From: Octopus sinensis
Lineage: Eukaryota
NCBI RefSeq assembly: GCF_006345805.1
Contig: NC_043014.1
Coordinates: 33,170,001-33,234,000, forward strand
Direction of reading: 5' to 3'
DNA: 64,000 nucleotides
The notes under the pieces: generated by a model
Told to the model about the DNA's origin: nothing
Database searches by the model: none
The model's input: the letters and a program-made list of their open reading frames with translations, nothing else
Translations under genes and position numbers: made by a program
Shown: piece after piece, positions 11,401-24,095 of the stretch
Layout of the letters: each line of letters opens with the position of its first letter
Position numbering within the stretch: the first letter of the stretch is position 1

Positions 11401-14400
11401 TATTTTTACTCTTTCTGCTTGTTTGTCTTTTCATTTCTTTTTTTATCTGCTTTCCTTTCTCCCTCTCTCCTTCTCATCTTTCTCTTTCTCCTCTTTTTCA
11501 TCCCTTATTCTCCCTCTTTGTCCCTCCTGTCCTGTGATTTTTTTTTCTCCTTCTCCAAAAACATTTCTATAACAAATAAGCAATCTAGCCTATCCTATCT
11601 GCTTCAGCCAGCAAGCATGTCAGTTCGTAATAATATATATATATGTGATAATTTCAGTTAATCATTAAATATTTTTAACACATGCACATAGCATACACTT
11701 TTTAAAATCAAAATCACTACTGCACTAATACTTAGTTTTTCTATAATGCATTGCCAGAATTTGAAATGGATTCAGAATATAAATATATATATATCTATAT
11801 CTATATAGGTGCAAGAGTGGCTGTGTGGTAAGTAGCTTGCTTACCAACCACATAGTGACAGGTTCAGTCCCACTGCATGGCACCTTGGGTAAATGTCTTC
11901 TACTATATAGCCTTGTGAGTGGATTTGGTAGATGGAAACTGAAAGAAGCCTGTCATACACATATCTATATGTGTGTCTGTGTTTGTCCCCCCCACCATCG
12001 CTTAACAACTAATGTTGGTGTATTTACATCCCTGTAACTTAGCAGTTTGGCAAAACAGACCAATAGAATAAGTACTAGGCTTACAAAGAATAAGTCCTGG
12101 GGTTGATTTGTTCGACTTAAAATGGTGTTCCAGCATGGCCACAGTCAAATGACTGGAACAAATAAAAGAATATCTTTTACATGATGATTGTTTTAGGAAA
12201 TTGATTCTTCATAAAACCATGATTTTCTTTATTTTGCAGCTCATACCAACAATCAATTCACCAGTTCCAACATTACTGATAATCTCACAAATGATCTACT
12301 TTTCAACAGTACAAAACCTTCATTTAGTAAGTATTGCACTTCGTCTGTTACTTCTGCTACACATTACACTTTCAGTCTTATACTTTTTCTGTTACACTCT
12401 CTACAGTGTTCTCACCAATATTACAGACATCCAGCCACCACAATTATTAAAGATCCCACCCATAAAACACACTTCTAACCATGCAACCCCTACAACATTC
12501 TTGCTTCTAACAAGCAGATGTGTTTACTTCAGTGTTTTTTCTTGAACTGTTAGAAATAATAGCTAAATTTTCTTCAAGTTACTCATGATAAAGATTGATA
12601 TGGTAGATAATTCTGTTGGAATTCACAATAATTGAAATCCAGACGTAGTAGTCGTGGCTTGATTTTTGGTTCAATGCCCTGAGGTCGTCCTTTGTCCTAT
12701 GTCTTCCTGGGTCTCCCCACACACAAGTAGAAGGAATGAAATAAGTAAATATGGTTTTGCCTGATGGAAGCTGACTTGGAACTAAATAATTTCTTAGAAA
12801 ATCTCATCTAGAGCTAAACTCTTCTTACCCCTTACTACATCCTTCACTAATAATGCTACTCATACTGTAACATCAGCTACGCCACTATGATGCTCTCATC
12901 TGATGTCACACGCTACTTCCTACAACACAACCACGAACCAACTACCTGCTAAAAATATTGGCTTCAAATTATGGCACAAGGCCAGCAATTTCAGGGAAGA
13001 GAGCAAGTCGGTTACATTGACCACAGTGCTCAAGTGGTACTTATTTTATTGACCCCATAAGTATGAAAGGCATTCCTGCTGGGATATTCCTATCATTTTC
13101 TAACTTTTATGTTAACTTAGGACTACATGTGTCTTTTCTTTTTAGAAGAAAGCAGGATAAGATTTGAGGGAGATTGAGCTGCTACTTGTAGCAAATCAAG
13201 TAATTGCATTGAGGCCCCTTCAGTGGTACGATATGGCTATGGCATTGAGGATGATGGCTAACAGTCCTGCATAATGTCATAAAAACTAGCAACAAGAATT
13301 TTGATGAGTCCATAGATCCATGTCAAATTTTTGAAGGAAAATTACCAATTAGAAACTGCTCCTAAGCGAAGATGACTTTGGCTGAATTTGCACTCAGAGC
13401 ATAAAGATGGACAAAATGCCACTAAGCATTTTGGCAGGGAATGCTAAAGATTCTACCAGCATGCTACTTACCTGCTAGAAATACTAGGTTGATGGAAAAG
13501 TTTGTGTGCTTTGTTAAAATAATGAATTGAATGAATACACACACCACAAAAATATATAAAAAAGCGTTATTTTAACATGGTGCACAAACTTTTTCCTTAA
13601 CCTAATATTAACCAAATCATTCTCATGGAACATCCAATCTATTGTTTTTAAGAAATATACGAAAACTTGAATTAATGAAAGTGTCAAAGTTGAAATATTT
13701 TTAATTGTAGGCTTGTAGCTCTACATGATCAGGTTTAATTTGGGATTAAACTAACACCATTACCACTATCACACACCTTCACCACAATGTGTGTCCACTG
13801 CCGTTGCCACCACCACCACCAATACTACATGTTGCCATCCCTACATAATTCTTATCTCATATTTCCATCTAAAACTATTTTCACTTCTTACTTTCAGGTG
13901 GTAAAGAATTTATTGATGATCTTGGCTTCATCTCAGCTGACGGTTCGTTTGTTTCTAATTAATATTTATTTATAATTGTTGCTGATGGGTGGGTCAATGC
14001 ATATCTCCTCCATTATTATTGGGTCAGCAAATAGATGATGGGAGGGTCACAGTCTCTTCTCTTTTTTATATAGCGGTTACAATAGAGGGTGAGTGGGTTT
14101 GTGAGTCTCTCTCCAATCTCTGATTTGGTCAACAGATAAAGGCTGTATAGGTCACACTGTCCCTTTTCCTCTGGTTAGCACATTAGATTGTGTGTAGGTC
14201 ACCATGTGTCTGCTCCTCATCTCTAATTGGTCAGTATGGTAAAAAGAAAAAGCTGGGTGGGTCACCATCCATCTCCCTCTAAGCATGAAAGAAGATGAGT
14301 AGGTCACTGCCCTTTCTCCTTCTCTGAATGATCAATCAGATAGAGAGTGAGTAAATCAGTGTCTTGCTCCCCTCCATCATTGTAGGAGTAGTTCCAGATT

Positions 14401-16799
14401 TTTTGTCCTTATGTTGTTCTGTTGCTGGTGTTTTTGTTATTTTGAATTAAGCCATAGTAAACTTCACCTCTCATCCACCTGAGATTGTTAGTCATTTAGT
14501 GAGTATTGATTAAAACACTACCCAAAAGTTGTAGTAAACCCTGTATTCATGTAACAAATGGGGTGGGGGAAGGTATCTTTTTTCTTCACAAATGTAAATA
14601 AACCCAATCTGTTTCTTAAACGAGGGACATATTCATACGGCACAGAATGTTTTTTTACCTCAATGGACGTCTGTGATTGGTTAAAATTGCCGAAATGCTC
14701 GAAATTAAAGATGAAATATCTTACAACATATAGAATTTTCTCAATAAACCAAGAAAAAAATGATGTTTTATAAACACATTCTACCAGTATATGAAGTTTA
14801 AAACTTTTTAGTTACCTAGAAATTATGTTAAAAACCGCCGTTGAAAAGGAAAAGATCCAATGTTACAAGTTATTTTGTTGTTGCTGTTGTTCTAGTAAAG
14901 TTGCTAGTTGTAGCTGTGATGTTGTTTAAAGTTACAGGGCACTCAAGCTAAATTTGACAGCATGAAAAGAAAAGGAAGCATAATATCCCATCCAAAAATT
15001 AAAATATTTTTAAAAATATCAAATAAAGCTGGGAACAATTTACTCAAAGTAGCTGTCCTCAACGTCGACCACAGTCTCAAGATGGCCCCCAAACCTGGAG
15101 CATGCATTCTTCACTGTGTTCTTAGGAAGATATTCAAACCACTCCTTGATTTTGGCCACTAGCTCAACCTTGGTGTTACAGGCGGTGTGGTTGGTGTCTT
15201 TCTCAACTGTGTTCCACACATAGTAATCCATGGGATTACAATCGGGGGAATTAGGAGACCAGGAACTTAATGCTGGTGAAGTTATAGAAATATTCCAACA
15301 ACCACATCTGACTCTTTTTGAAGGTATGGCAAGAAGGCAAATCCTGCTACCATGCTTATGGCCTTCCAGCAGCAACCCTCTCCAGCCATTGATTAACCAT
15401 AATCTCCAGCAGCTTCACATAGCTGTTTGAATTGAACCTAAGGCCCTGTTCATCGGTTGCTGGATGAATTCTAGTGTTTGTATGCAGTCAGAATGCCTGC
15501 TGTGTCCCTTCCTGCTGGCCACAGCCTTGTAGTCACCATAGCAGCTCTCCATGTCACATCTTACAGCCTTTACAGTGTCCATAGAGCATTGAGCAGTAGT
15601 CATAATGTCAGCATTTCATCATGGTACAAATCATCATGATGCAGGTAACTCTTTTCCAATATGCAGATGGCTTTCAATTCTCTATGTCAGCTAACTTTTT
15701 CTCAAATACAGTTTTGAGGTTTGTGCTCTCCAATGCTATTAACACCAAGCTGTTCCTGACAAAAAAAAGTGTCATAAAAAAATCATCAAATTTAGTCCCA
15801 ACTCCCTGTAGTTTAACAGGTCGGCTTGTAGCTGACAAAATCACTAATGTATTGTTTAACTAAAAGTTCAGTGGACCACGCTCTTCTCTCTCTTGGTGTT
15901 CTGGCAGAGAAGAATATTGTTAACTAAAATATAAGCAACGAAATTTGTGTGGTTGGGTTAGTGTGTTTGATGGTTTTTGTTATTGTTGTTGGTCAGCTTC
16001 ATGTCAGCAGTCCTTATTGAGCAGCCCTGTGATGATCAAAATCAATTCAGCTGTGACCATCTTCTCTTTCTTTCAAACATCGTATATTTACAACTTCATT
16101 ATCCAATATATTCTTTGTTTAAGATGATGTGGTGTGATATGAGGAGAGGAATATTTGGCTGCACTTTCCAGCAGGTCAATTGACTTGAATGTTGCATTTC
16201 TATGTGGATAGGAGCAGTTCCTAATTGGTAATTTTCCTTCAAAAATTTGACATGGATCTATGGACTCATCACAATTCTTGTTGCTGGTTTTTATGACATT
16301 ATGCAGGTCTGTTAGCAATCATCCTCAATGCCATGGCCATATCGTACCATTGAAGGAGCCTCTATGCAATTACTTGATTTGCTACAAGTAGCAGCTAAAT
16401 TGTCCTCAAATCGTATCCTGTTTTCTTTTAAAAATAAAAGACACATGTAGTCCTAAGTAAACACAAAAGTTAGAATATGATAGGAATATCCCAACAGGAA
16501 TGCCTTTTGATCATAGATCTGCTACCTAGGGTCTTACCTGGGGTTGCACAACAACTAGCTGTTTTAGCAAAATTTTGAAATTGAAATTTAAAAATCTAAT
16601 GCAGATCATGAATAAAATGGGATTTTTCTCCTTTTTTTTTTCCACAGGCTTGGAACCGTTGTTGCATCTAAGTCCTCCACCTAGTGAGAGGGATTACCAT
16701 TTCCATTTGGATGATAGTGAAGGCGTCTGTGATTTCTTCGATGTTCCTCTACTACCCCCCCATGCTACTGCTGCATCTTCAGCCACCCCCTTCTACTGA
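1024..16799 (+). CDS. E2F4: E2F4/5-like transcription factor, copy A (5'-partial; join of 1024-1133, 3453-3610/3614, 5981/5985/5988-6096, 10052-10276, 11291-11384, 12240-12326, 13898-13942, 16648-16799)
   Basis: Eight exons with compatible phases give one open frame of 984-987 nt. It contains the DNA-binding domain ([22 protein letters not shown]), coiled coil, marked box and C-terminal pocket-binding motif [17 protein letters not shown]. Exon 1 lies upstream of the window. The low-complexity exons 6-8 are less certain. Confidence 0.92.
2609..3004 (-). mobile_element. Non-autonomous Helitron (396 bp)
   Basis: On the minus strand it begins TC and ends CTAG, has a subterminal hairpin CCGAGC-ATC-GCTTGG, and is inserted between A and T with no TSD. 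The empty site is visible in the paralogous segment at 147/148. Confidence 0.85.
3453..3614 (+). CDS. E2F4: E2F copy A exon 3 (coiled coil); ends at 3614 (AT donor) or 3610 (GT donor)
   Basis: tctttctcAG|A GGA GCA GGT CCA GGC TGC; [53 protein letters not shown] aligns with E2F4 GVGPGCNTREIADKL...QQSIRNVTED. Confidence 0.93.
4560..4850 (+). mobile_element. Decayed RTE-clade LINE 3' fragment (boundaries approximate)
   Basis: Frameshifted translation [26 protein letters not shown] resembles the RTE C-terminus RWLGHV.RM.D.RIPKDLLYGEL. Confidence 0.5.
5981..6096 (+). CDS. E2F4: E2F copy A exon 4 (marked box N-part); start 5981, 5985 or 5988
   Basis: [36 protein letters not shown]|GTAAGT aligns with E2F4 [35 protein letters not shown]. 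Confidence 0.93.
6707..7097 (+). mobile_element. tRNA-derived SINE family 1 (representative copy)
   Basis: A/B-box-like head (TGTGGTAAG...GTTTCAGTCCC), shared body ACCTTGAGCAAGTG...GAAAGAAGCCC, internal (TG/TA)n, tail GACTGAAAC...TAAAAGA. Confidence 0.75.
8713..8922. mobile_element. Tc1/mariner-type MITE (210 bp)
   Basis: TA|CAGGGTGTCCCAGAAGTTGCACACCAT...ATGGTGCACGACTTCTGGGACACCCTG|TA; about 35-bp TIRs with TA TSD. Confidence 0.85.
10052..10276 (+). CDS. E2F4: E2F copy A exon 5 (marked box C-part plus linker)
   Basis: (t)nAG|GGC CCA; [27 protein letters not shown]...KQLRK|GTATAT; matches E2F4 [21 protein letters not shown]; phase 0-0. Confidence 0.92.
10581..10757 (-). mobile_element. 5'-truncated RTE (BovB-like) LINE 3' end
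   Basis: Minus-strand frame [52 protein letters not shown] followed by a short GATA-like tail; resembles the BovB C-terminus. Confidence 0.85.
11291..11384 (+). CDS. E2F4: E2F copy A exon 6 (S/T-P rich)
   Basis: tttttcAG|AAA TCT CCT...TTA C|GTATGT; [31 protein letters not shown]; phase 0-1 fits its neighbours. Confidence 0.75.
11808..12171 (+). mobile_element. tRNA-derived SINE family 1
   Basis: Full head-to-tail copy GGTGCAAGAGTGGCTGTGTGGTAAG...GGTTCAGTCCC...AAATAAAAGAA in intron 6 of copy A. Confidence 0.8.
12240..12326 (+). CDS. E2F4: E2F copy A exon 7 (low complexity, predicted)
   Basis: attttgcAG|CT CAT ACC...TTT A|GTAAGT; open in phase 1-1 ([28 protein letters not shown]). Supported by splice signals and phase only. 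Confidence 0.6.
13898..13942 (+). CDS. E2F4: E2F copy A exon 8 (45 nt)
   Basis: cttactttcAG|GT GGT AAA GAA TTT ATT GAT GAT CTT GGC TTC ATC TCA GCT GAC G|GTTCGT; [14 protein letters not shown] is positionally equivalent to E2F4 LLEELMSSE; weak donor. Confidence 0.65.
14935..15808 (-). mobile_element. Deleted Tc1/mariner (maT/DD37D-like) element
   Basis: TA|CAGGG...CTAAATTT TIRs at both ends; minus-strand remnant [21 protein letters not shown]...KNACSRF...SYFE. Confidence 0.8.
16648..16799 (+). CDS. E2F4: E2F copy A last exon (pocket-protein binding / transactivation region, TGA stop)
   Basis: tttttccacAG|GC TTG GAA CCG; [49 protein letters not shown], compared with E2F4 [31 protein letters not shown]. 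Confidence 0.95.
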
Positions 16800-19529
16800 T
16801 ACCTCAGGCATTTGTCTCTTCTCTTCACCTCTTAAAACATATCTTCAACAGCCACTTATGCCTACTATTACTACTACTACTACTACCACCACCATCACCT
16901 CCACCACTATTCTCACTGTCGTCATCACAGTTATCACACCATTCCATATAAATGTTCATTCCTATTTTTATAAATAGGTTTGTATGCTCCTCCTCTTCAC
17001 TATTTCAATATCCCTTTTCCAATGGTAGGTATAGAGTGGAGATAGTAATGGTGAAAAGTGGTTCTTCAACACACACATACACACACACAAATGAAAAGGG
17101 ATCTTATAATAGACATTGTCAAGATGTCTTTATCATTGTCCTCATCCAAGGGAACCATACTACTCACTCTCAGGGTTTAAAATACTACATAGATCACAAA
17201 ATATTCCACCTATGTCATCACAGTTTTAATTATTCATTTTACTTTTTCTTTATCTTTCATTTATTTTACCTTTAATTGTTATTTCTAAGTGTGGCAGATT
17301 GGTAGAATTACTAAAGCATCACATTAAATGCCTTGCAGCCTTTTTCATGTTCTGAGTTCAAATATTGCTAAAAGTCAACATTGCCTTTCATCCTTCGAGG
17401 ATCAATGAAATATAGAATGAGTGAAGTATGGTGCTGCTTATGTTAGAAATTATTCGAGAAACATTTCAAGTCCTATTATTACTCAGAACTTAATACTACT
17501 AATTAATTATTGGTTTCAAATACTGGCACAAGGCCAGCAAGTTTGGAGGAGTAGGCAAATCAATTACATCAGGCCCCCAGTTCTTGATTGGTACTTATTG
17601 ACCCTGGTAAGATGAAAGGCAAAGTTGTTCCTTAATGGAATTTGACCTCAGAATGTAGAGACAGGCGAAATGTTGCTAAGCATTTTGCCCTGCATGACTG
17701 CTAATGCATAATTACTAACTACTATATATATATATATATATATATATACATACATACATACACATGTATATCACTTGTAAAACATACGCACCCATGTGGT
17801 TAAAAAGTTTGCTCCAATTAACCTTAACCACTATGTAATGGAGGTTTTAATGTAATTTCAGTAAAAATGTTCAGTGTATCTTTGGTTTTGAAAATAGGAA
17901 CACTTTATCCCAGAGTGTTGTAAAAAGTGATTAAAACGGTTTGTATCTGAAAGGACATCTGGCCAGAAAACACTACCTCAAAAAATATCCCTTCCTAACT
18001 GTTCTAGAATGGAAAACATGGATGTGATAACAATGACAGTCAAGGTTTGATCTGAATGGAAAGCTAAAGAGGGTTGGATTGTGTTGTGATTATGGTGTTG
18101 GTACCATGGTAGGAATAAAAAGCAAGCACCAGTAATATACTGTCCAGCCCAGTAAACTCTAACTTACTCCAAATTAGTGACTGTTGCAAATGTGAGAGAT
18201 TGTTATTGGATTGGTAGAATTGAGCATCAGACAAAATGCCTTAGTGAGATTATTTAGTTCTGATTTCAGATCCTGCTGTAATTCTCCTCTTTTAGTTGGA
18301 ATGGAAATCAATAAAAATCCACTATACCCCTTTCCTTTATTGTCGTGGGCCCGTTTTAAAAATTGTTACTGCTAGTTGGAGTGGTGAAAGGGAGTAAAAA
18401 CAGTCAATTTTGTGGTATCTTTTAGTCCAACCCATGCCAGCATGGAGCATGGTCATTAAATGATGACTATGATCCGAGTTCAAATGCTACCAAGGTTGGC
18501 TTTTGCTTTTTATCCTTTCAGGGTTGATGTGGGAGGGAAAGGGGGTCAGTTGCATTGGTTGTTTCTTGCTGTCACCAAATTTTACGACCTTGTGCCAATC
18601 TTTGAAATTAATTATAAAATAGTGAATTTGTTGTTCTGGGTTCAGATTTTGCCATGGTTAAACTTTGCATTTCATATCTCCATATTTGATAAAATTAAGT
18701 GCCAGTCATGGACTGGGACCAATTAAAATTAACTAACTTCCAACCAGCAAAATTGCTAGCCTTGTGCCTATATTACAAAGAATTATTTTTGGAAAGGTGG
18801 TGGATTAGTGGAATCATTAGAATATTGGACAAAATACTTTGCAGCATTTCTTCTGCTTCTGTACATTCTGATTTAAAATTCCACTGAGGTCAATTTTAGC
18901 TCTTAAGTTCTTGAGTATGATAATAGACCAGTGACATACTGGGGTTGATATAATTGACTGTTTCCTTCCCTAAATTTTCTGGACTTGTGCCTATTATTAT
19001 TATCATTATTATTATTAGCAGAGTGGGCAAAACTAATAAAAGTTTGTTAACAGTTATTATTATGTTATAATAAACCACTTTTTATTTTTTTAAGACTTTA
19101 TTTTTACTGAGTTATGAGGGCAAATTTAATAAATAATGCAATTGTTTTCATTTTTAAATACATGACAGGTGGCATTACTTTTTTTTTATTATTATTGTCT
19201 TTGCCACTCTTACAATTTTGCTGCCTGGCTGCAGAAATTATTATTTGTTTTAAGTTTTTGCAATACTACAGGGCTGCTATAGTCTTTACATAGCTTTAAA
19301 AATTGCTCCCAAATTAATTTTTCTTTTTTGATATCTGTGTGGTCTACACACGTACACATATGTTAACAAGCTAAAATATATTGATGGCTGATACTTTGTC
19401 AATAGGTACTTCTGAATGTTTGATATCATTGTTATGTCTAGACATGTACACACATGTATATGCACACACACACATGTATGTGTGTGTAGATATATTTTGT
19501 GTGCGTGTGTAATATATATTTTTAATTAA

Positions 19530-20617
19530 CCCTTTCGTTACTATATTTCTGACCAAAATACACCCCTTATGTGTTTCAATTAATTTCTAACATAATCATA
19601 AATTTAGTCTGGTTTCATTAAACAACTATAACTTTTTTATTTATCAATATATTAATGTGATTTTTGGAAGATAATTTAATGAAATGTTCTCAACCAATTC
19701 TATACTATAATTTTTGTCACAAAGTGACTCTAATTGCAGGTAGATACAGGTAAATTCAACAAAATATAAAATTATTAAAATTTTTGTTCAAACATCACTA
19801 TAGAAAATGGGTTATTAGCTAATATTCAATTGGGTATACAACAAAATTTTACTATAGAATTTGTTATTCTGGGTAACTTTCTGATACCCATAATAATATT
19901 TATGGCAAAATAGGCCTTAATTTCATTTAAGGTTGTGGGAAACCACAAACTATCCTTTCCTTCGCTTTGTTTACATTTAGCGTAACAGTTCGTTTCTGCT
20001 GTAATGATTTCAAATAGGCTCATTCGAAAAAGTAAAAAAGAAATAGTCTAAGGCTTTACTCTCCTGGGAAAGACTGTGGCTTGGTCCAGTTTCTTCAGAA
20101 AAATCATCGAAATAAACAGTTTTTAAATTTTCACTCCATTCAGGTGCCAATTCATTTTCTTTATCGCTGTCGGAGCTCTCGGATTCACTGTTTTCACTTT
20201 CGGAAAATGAAACATCGGATTCATTATCAAATACCTCATGCTTTTTTTTTCAGTCGTAGTTAGATTTATCAAGGTCTTCAGTAGAAAAGCCTTCGAATTC
20301 TGACTCGCTGCTTGATATAATGAAATTCGTATAAAATTTTTTGTCAGAATTACAAATTTTGAAAACACAATAGGAACAAATTTCGGAAAAAAATCTCCCA
20401 AAATTCACGGAATTAAAATTACACTTTGATCATTGTACAAAACTGTAGATGAACTGTTTACGAAGTATAATCACATGTTTTCACGAATGTACTAAAGAGA
20501 TTTGCTCTGATATTCTCATTTAAATATGAATAGGTAAATACGGGCAGGTTTGGGCGGTTTGGTCACATTAACCAAAATTTTTTTCGGGCGGCTTTGGGCG
20601 GTTTGGTAACGAAAGGG
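19530..20617 (-). mobile_element. Internally deleted piggyBac element (1088 bp)
   Basis: TTAA|CCCTTTCGTTAC...GTAACGAAAGGG|TTAA; minus-strand remnant WFPTTLNEIKAYFAINIIMGIRKLPRI is typical of the piggyBac transposase N-terminal region. Confidence 0.88.
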
Positions 20618-21558
20618 TTAAACTAATGATTCACTTTGTCACTATTTAGTTTCTGACAAAGTGCAATAATGTAACAGGTTTTTCTTAAATGGTTGCATTT
20701 GTTGAGAAACTCTGAGTATTGATGGACTTAATCATGTCTAAAATAAATGAGTTCTACTTAAAGAATTTTATCTATATATATGCACACACATACACACACG
20801 TGTGTGTGTGTGGTAAAAATATTTTGTTTTCAACACCAGCTTAACAATGAAAGAGTTCTTTTATTGAATCCCTCCAAATTCATTATTAATTTCACTAGAA
20901 ATATAGTCAAAGGAAGGTTAAATATTATAACATTAACTTGTCTGTTTTTTCATACAGATGGCAGCTATTTTTTTTTTTTTTTTTTTTTTGTAATTCCTAA
21001 ACATATTTTTTTAGTTGCCTTTACCAATCCCCGCAAACAAAAAACAAACATAAACCAAGTGTTTCATTCATTTTCACTTCATGGATTATTATAAAAGAAG
21101 GCAGCATCAAACTACTTAGGCAAAAAAAATATATATATATATATGGCGGTGCCCCAGCATGGCCACAGCTTGTGAGCTGAAACTAGATAAAATAAAAATA
21201 AAATAAAATAAAAATATATATTACTTCAAACATTGTATCTGCTAATATTTGAATTTGTTAAAATATTGCAGAAAAACAACAAAAGAGAACTCATTTGGTA
21301 AAATAAAACTCATATGCACACAAACACACACCTTACAATCTTGGTGCCTTCTTGTTTGATAAAATTTTTAATGTGAAAATAAAAACAAATGAATACATTT
21401 TATTTTCTCTGAATTCCTGTCAGACAAAAGACAAAAAAAATACAAGCACAAACGCATACATATATTAGCATATGATCAAAGTATTTTCCAAATTACTTTT
21501 TGAAGACCTTTTTAAAGTGCATTATATGCATTTCATCTAATTACATGTATTTTTATAG

Positions 21559-21594
<36 letters not shown>

Positions 21595-22136
21595 AAATCT
21601 CAATGTCTCACTCTTTCTCTTATGTGCACACAGCACACATACACTATTGTATACATCCATACACACACTCACACTCATGTATGTGTATGCATGTAACCAT
21701 GAAACTTTCATTTTCAGCTCACTGATTTATAGTCTACCAATGAAATCTGGTTGCATGAAACCTTTAGGTATGGCTATATAAACTTGTTTATTACATACAC
21801 TATACACTTGTAAATTCAAGAGTGTAGTTATCATTTACATGTTTTTGTAAAATAAAATTTAAAAAAAAAACAATATGATTTAAATTTTTGGTGTAAAGAT
21901 TCAATATTTATAACCAAGAACAAAAAAAAGTGACTGTATTTTTATTTGAATTAAAATAAAAAGGAAAAAAAATTGTTAATTTGTCTATTGGTGGTTGTTG
22001 AACTTTATTACCTGTCTGTATCTTTTCTGTGCTTCAGTCATTAGACTAATAATGAGATAAGACATTGGGCAGTGTTCAGCACTGAACAATTTAGGTGATG
22101 GATAAAAAATGGTTAAGTGGTTGTGTAGATATGTGT

Positions 22137-22518
22137 AAGGAGGCGCAATGGCCCAGTGGTTAGGGCAGCGGACTCGCAGTCGTAGGATCGCAGATTCAAT
22201 TTCCAGACCGGGCGTTGTGAGTGTTTATTGAGCGAAAACACCTAAAGCTCCACGAGCTCCGACAGGAATGGTGGTGATCCCTGCTGTACTCTTTCACCAC
22301 AACTTTCTCTCACTCTTACTTCCTGTTTCTGTTGTACCTGTATTTCAAAGGGCCGGCCTTGTCACTCTCTGTGTCACGCTGAATATTCCCGAGAACTACG
22401 TTAAGAGTACACGTGTCTGTGGAGTGCTCAGCCACTTACACGTTAATTTCACGAGCAGGCTGTTCTGTTGATCGGATCAACCGGAACCCTCGTCGTCATA
22501 ACCGATGGAGTGTTTCGC
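22137..22518 (+). mobile_element. tRNA-derived SINE family 3 with 10-bp TSD
   Basis: GGAGGCGCAATGGCCCAGTGGTTAGGGCAGCGG head; TSD AGATATGTGT at 22127-22136 and 22519-22528; partial minus-strand copy at about 49243-49424. Confidence 0.85.
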
Positions 22519-23555
22519 AGATATGTGTGAAAGTGAATGAACCTTATTTTGAAAGCTTAAAAATAACTGAGAATAATTTGGCCGATTAATTTTGGTTGAG
22601 ATTAACTGCTTGTTTATTAGTGAATGGCGACAGCAGTTTGGGACACTGCCTTGAAGAACTGACCCCCACCTCACCCCCATTATTTTTATTTTTGAAGTCT
22701 TTATTCTGTTGGTCTTTATTCTGCCAAACTGCTGAGTTATAAGGAAGTATACAGACCAAAAGCAGTGGTGAGGTACAAACACACATGTGCACACGCATGC
22801 TTCTTTCAGTTTCTACCTACCAAATCCACTAACAAGGCTAAAATAGAAGACATTTCCTAGGTGTCACAATAGGACTGAACCCAGAACGATGTGGTTTGGA
22901 AACAAGCTTCTTACCACACAGACATGCCCACATCTAGAGTATCATCTTTGATTGAGAGATCAAAGCCTTGTGTTTGTGGTGTTGCACTTACGATTCCAAG
23001 ATTGTAGTTTCTATTTCTAAAACTGGGTACCATGTTTTGTTCTTGAGTACAGCACTTCAACTTGCATTGCTCTGCAATCACTTCAGCTGATGTGTGGCAC
23101 ATTGTGCACCTGTACAGGCAATGTTGATTTAATGGGAGAGAGAGCTAATGTACACCAAAAACATTTGATCACTATAAACAAATCATCTGTACTGGCTGAT
23201 CAGCAAGAAATTACAAAATCCTCATAATTCATCTCTGACAGTAAAGTCCACAATATTATGGGTTGTAAGATCAACATAGTATTGCATCTTGTCTCCAGGT
23301 AACTTCTTTATATCACATCTGAATTAGTTCAGTAACTATCACTGTTACACACCACCACAATTCTTACTCTTACACATATACTATAATCCCTTCAGTTCCC
23401 TGAAACATGCTTGTTGCATATTACCTAAAACACAGCTCTGTTATATATATGCTGCAACTACAATGACCTTTACACAACTATATTAGGTGGTTGAATATCA
23501 CTGACCTCATTGGTGTGAGTGCCACACGTGTGTGTGTATGTATATATATATTTAT

Positions 23556-23908
23556 ATAGGATCATCCCATAAATAATGTTAAGATAAGGTTCTCTTAATC
23601 TAAAATATACTCTTTCATTTTCTACAATGTTCTATCCATCTGGTACACTTGCAGGGCCCCTCTTCCAAAATTCACTTGTCTGTGATGAAAAATACTCCTC
23701 CAGTGCTGTTCTGACCTTGTCTACAGAATTCATTTCTTTTCCTTCCAAATGATTTTGAAGACTGCAGAATAAATGATAATCAGATGGGGCAATGTCCGGT
23801 GAATATGTTGGGTGGGGCATCGTTTCCCATTCAGACTGCTCCAGTCTTTGGAATGTCATCCTTGCTGTATGTGGCCGAGCATTATCCTGATGGAAGAACA
23901 CACACAAA
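23556..23908 (-). mobile_element. mariner transposase C-terminal remnant
   Basis: HQDNARPHTA...HPTYSPDIAPSDYHLFCSLQNHL (DD34D C-terminal motifs) followed by a TIR-like end. Confidence 0.88.
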
Positions 23909-24054
23909 AAGAGATGACAAAGGAATAAATGCATATCTTAAGAACTTCATTAGCTTACAGCTGTTTCCACTATGAGATGTAGTGGACTCAGTTGATTGCC
24001 TGAGTAACACTTTAGTTTCATCAGAACCTCAAACATGAAGCCTGCATGTGTGTG

Positions 24055-24095
<41 letters not shown>

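Noticed and set aside
12427-12545. Possible extra or alternative terminal exon (acceptor tattacAG, open to TGA 12543)
   Set aside because: Only a weak GTGTTT donor, no clear polyA signal and no homology; cannot be supported without transcripts.
22139-22215. tRNA-like sequences at SINE 5' ends (also 11808, 33207, 49800, 56046)
   Set aside because: A/B-box heads continue into shared repeat bodies, with TSDs where visible; these are SINEs, not tRNA genes.
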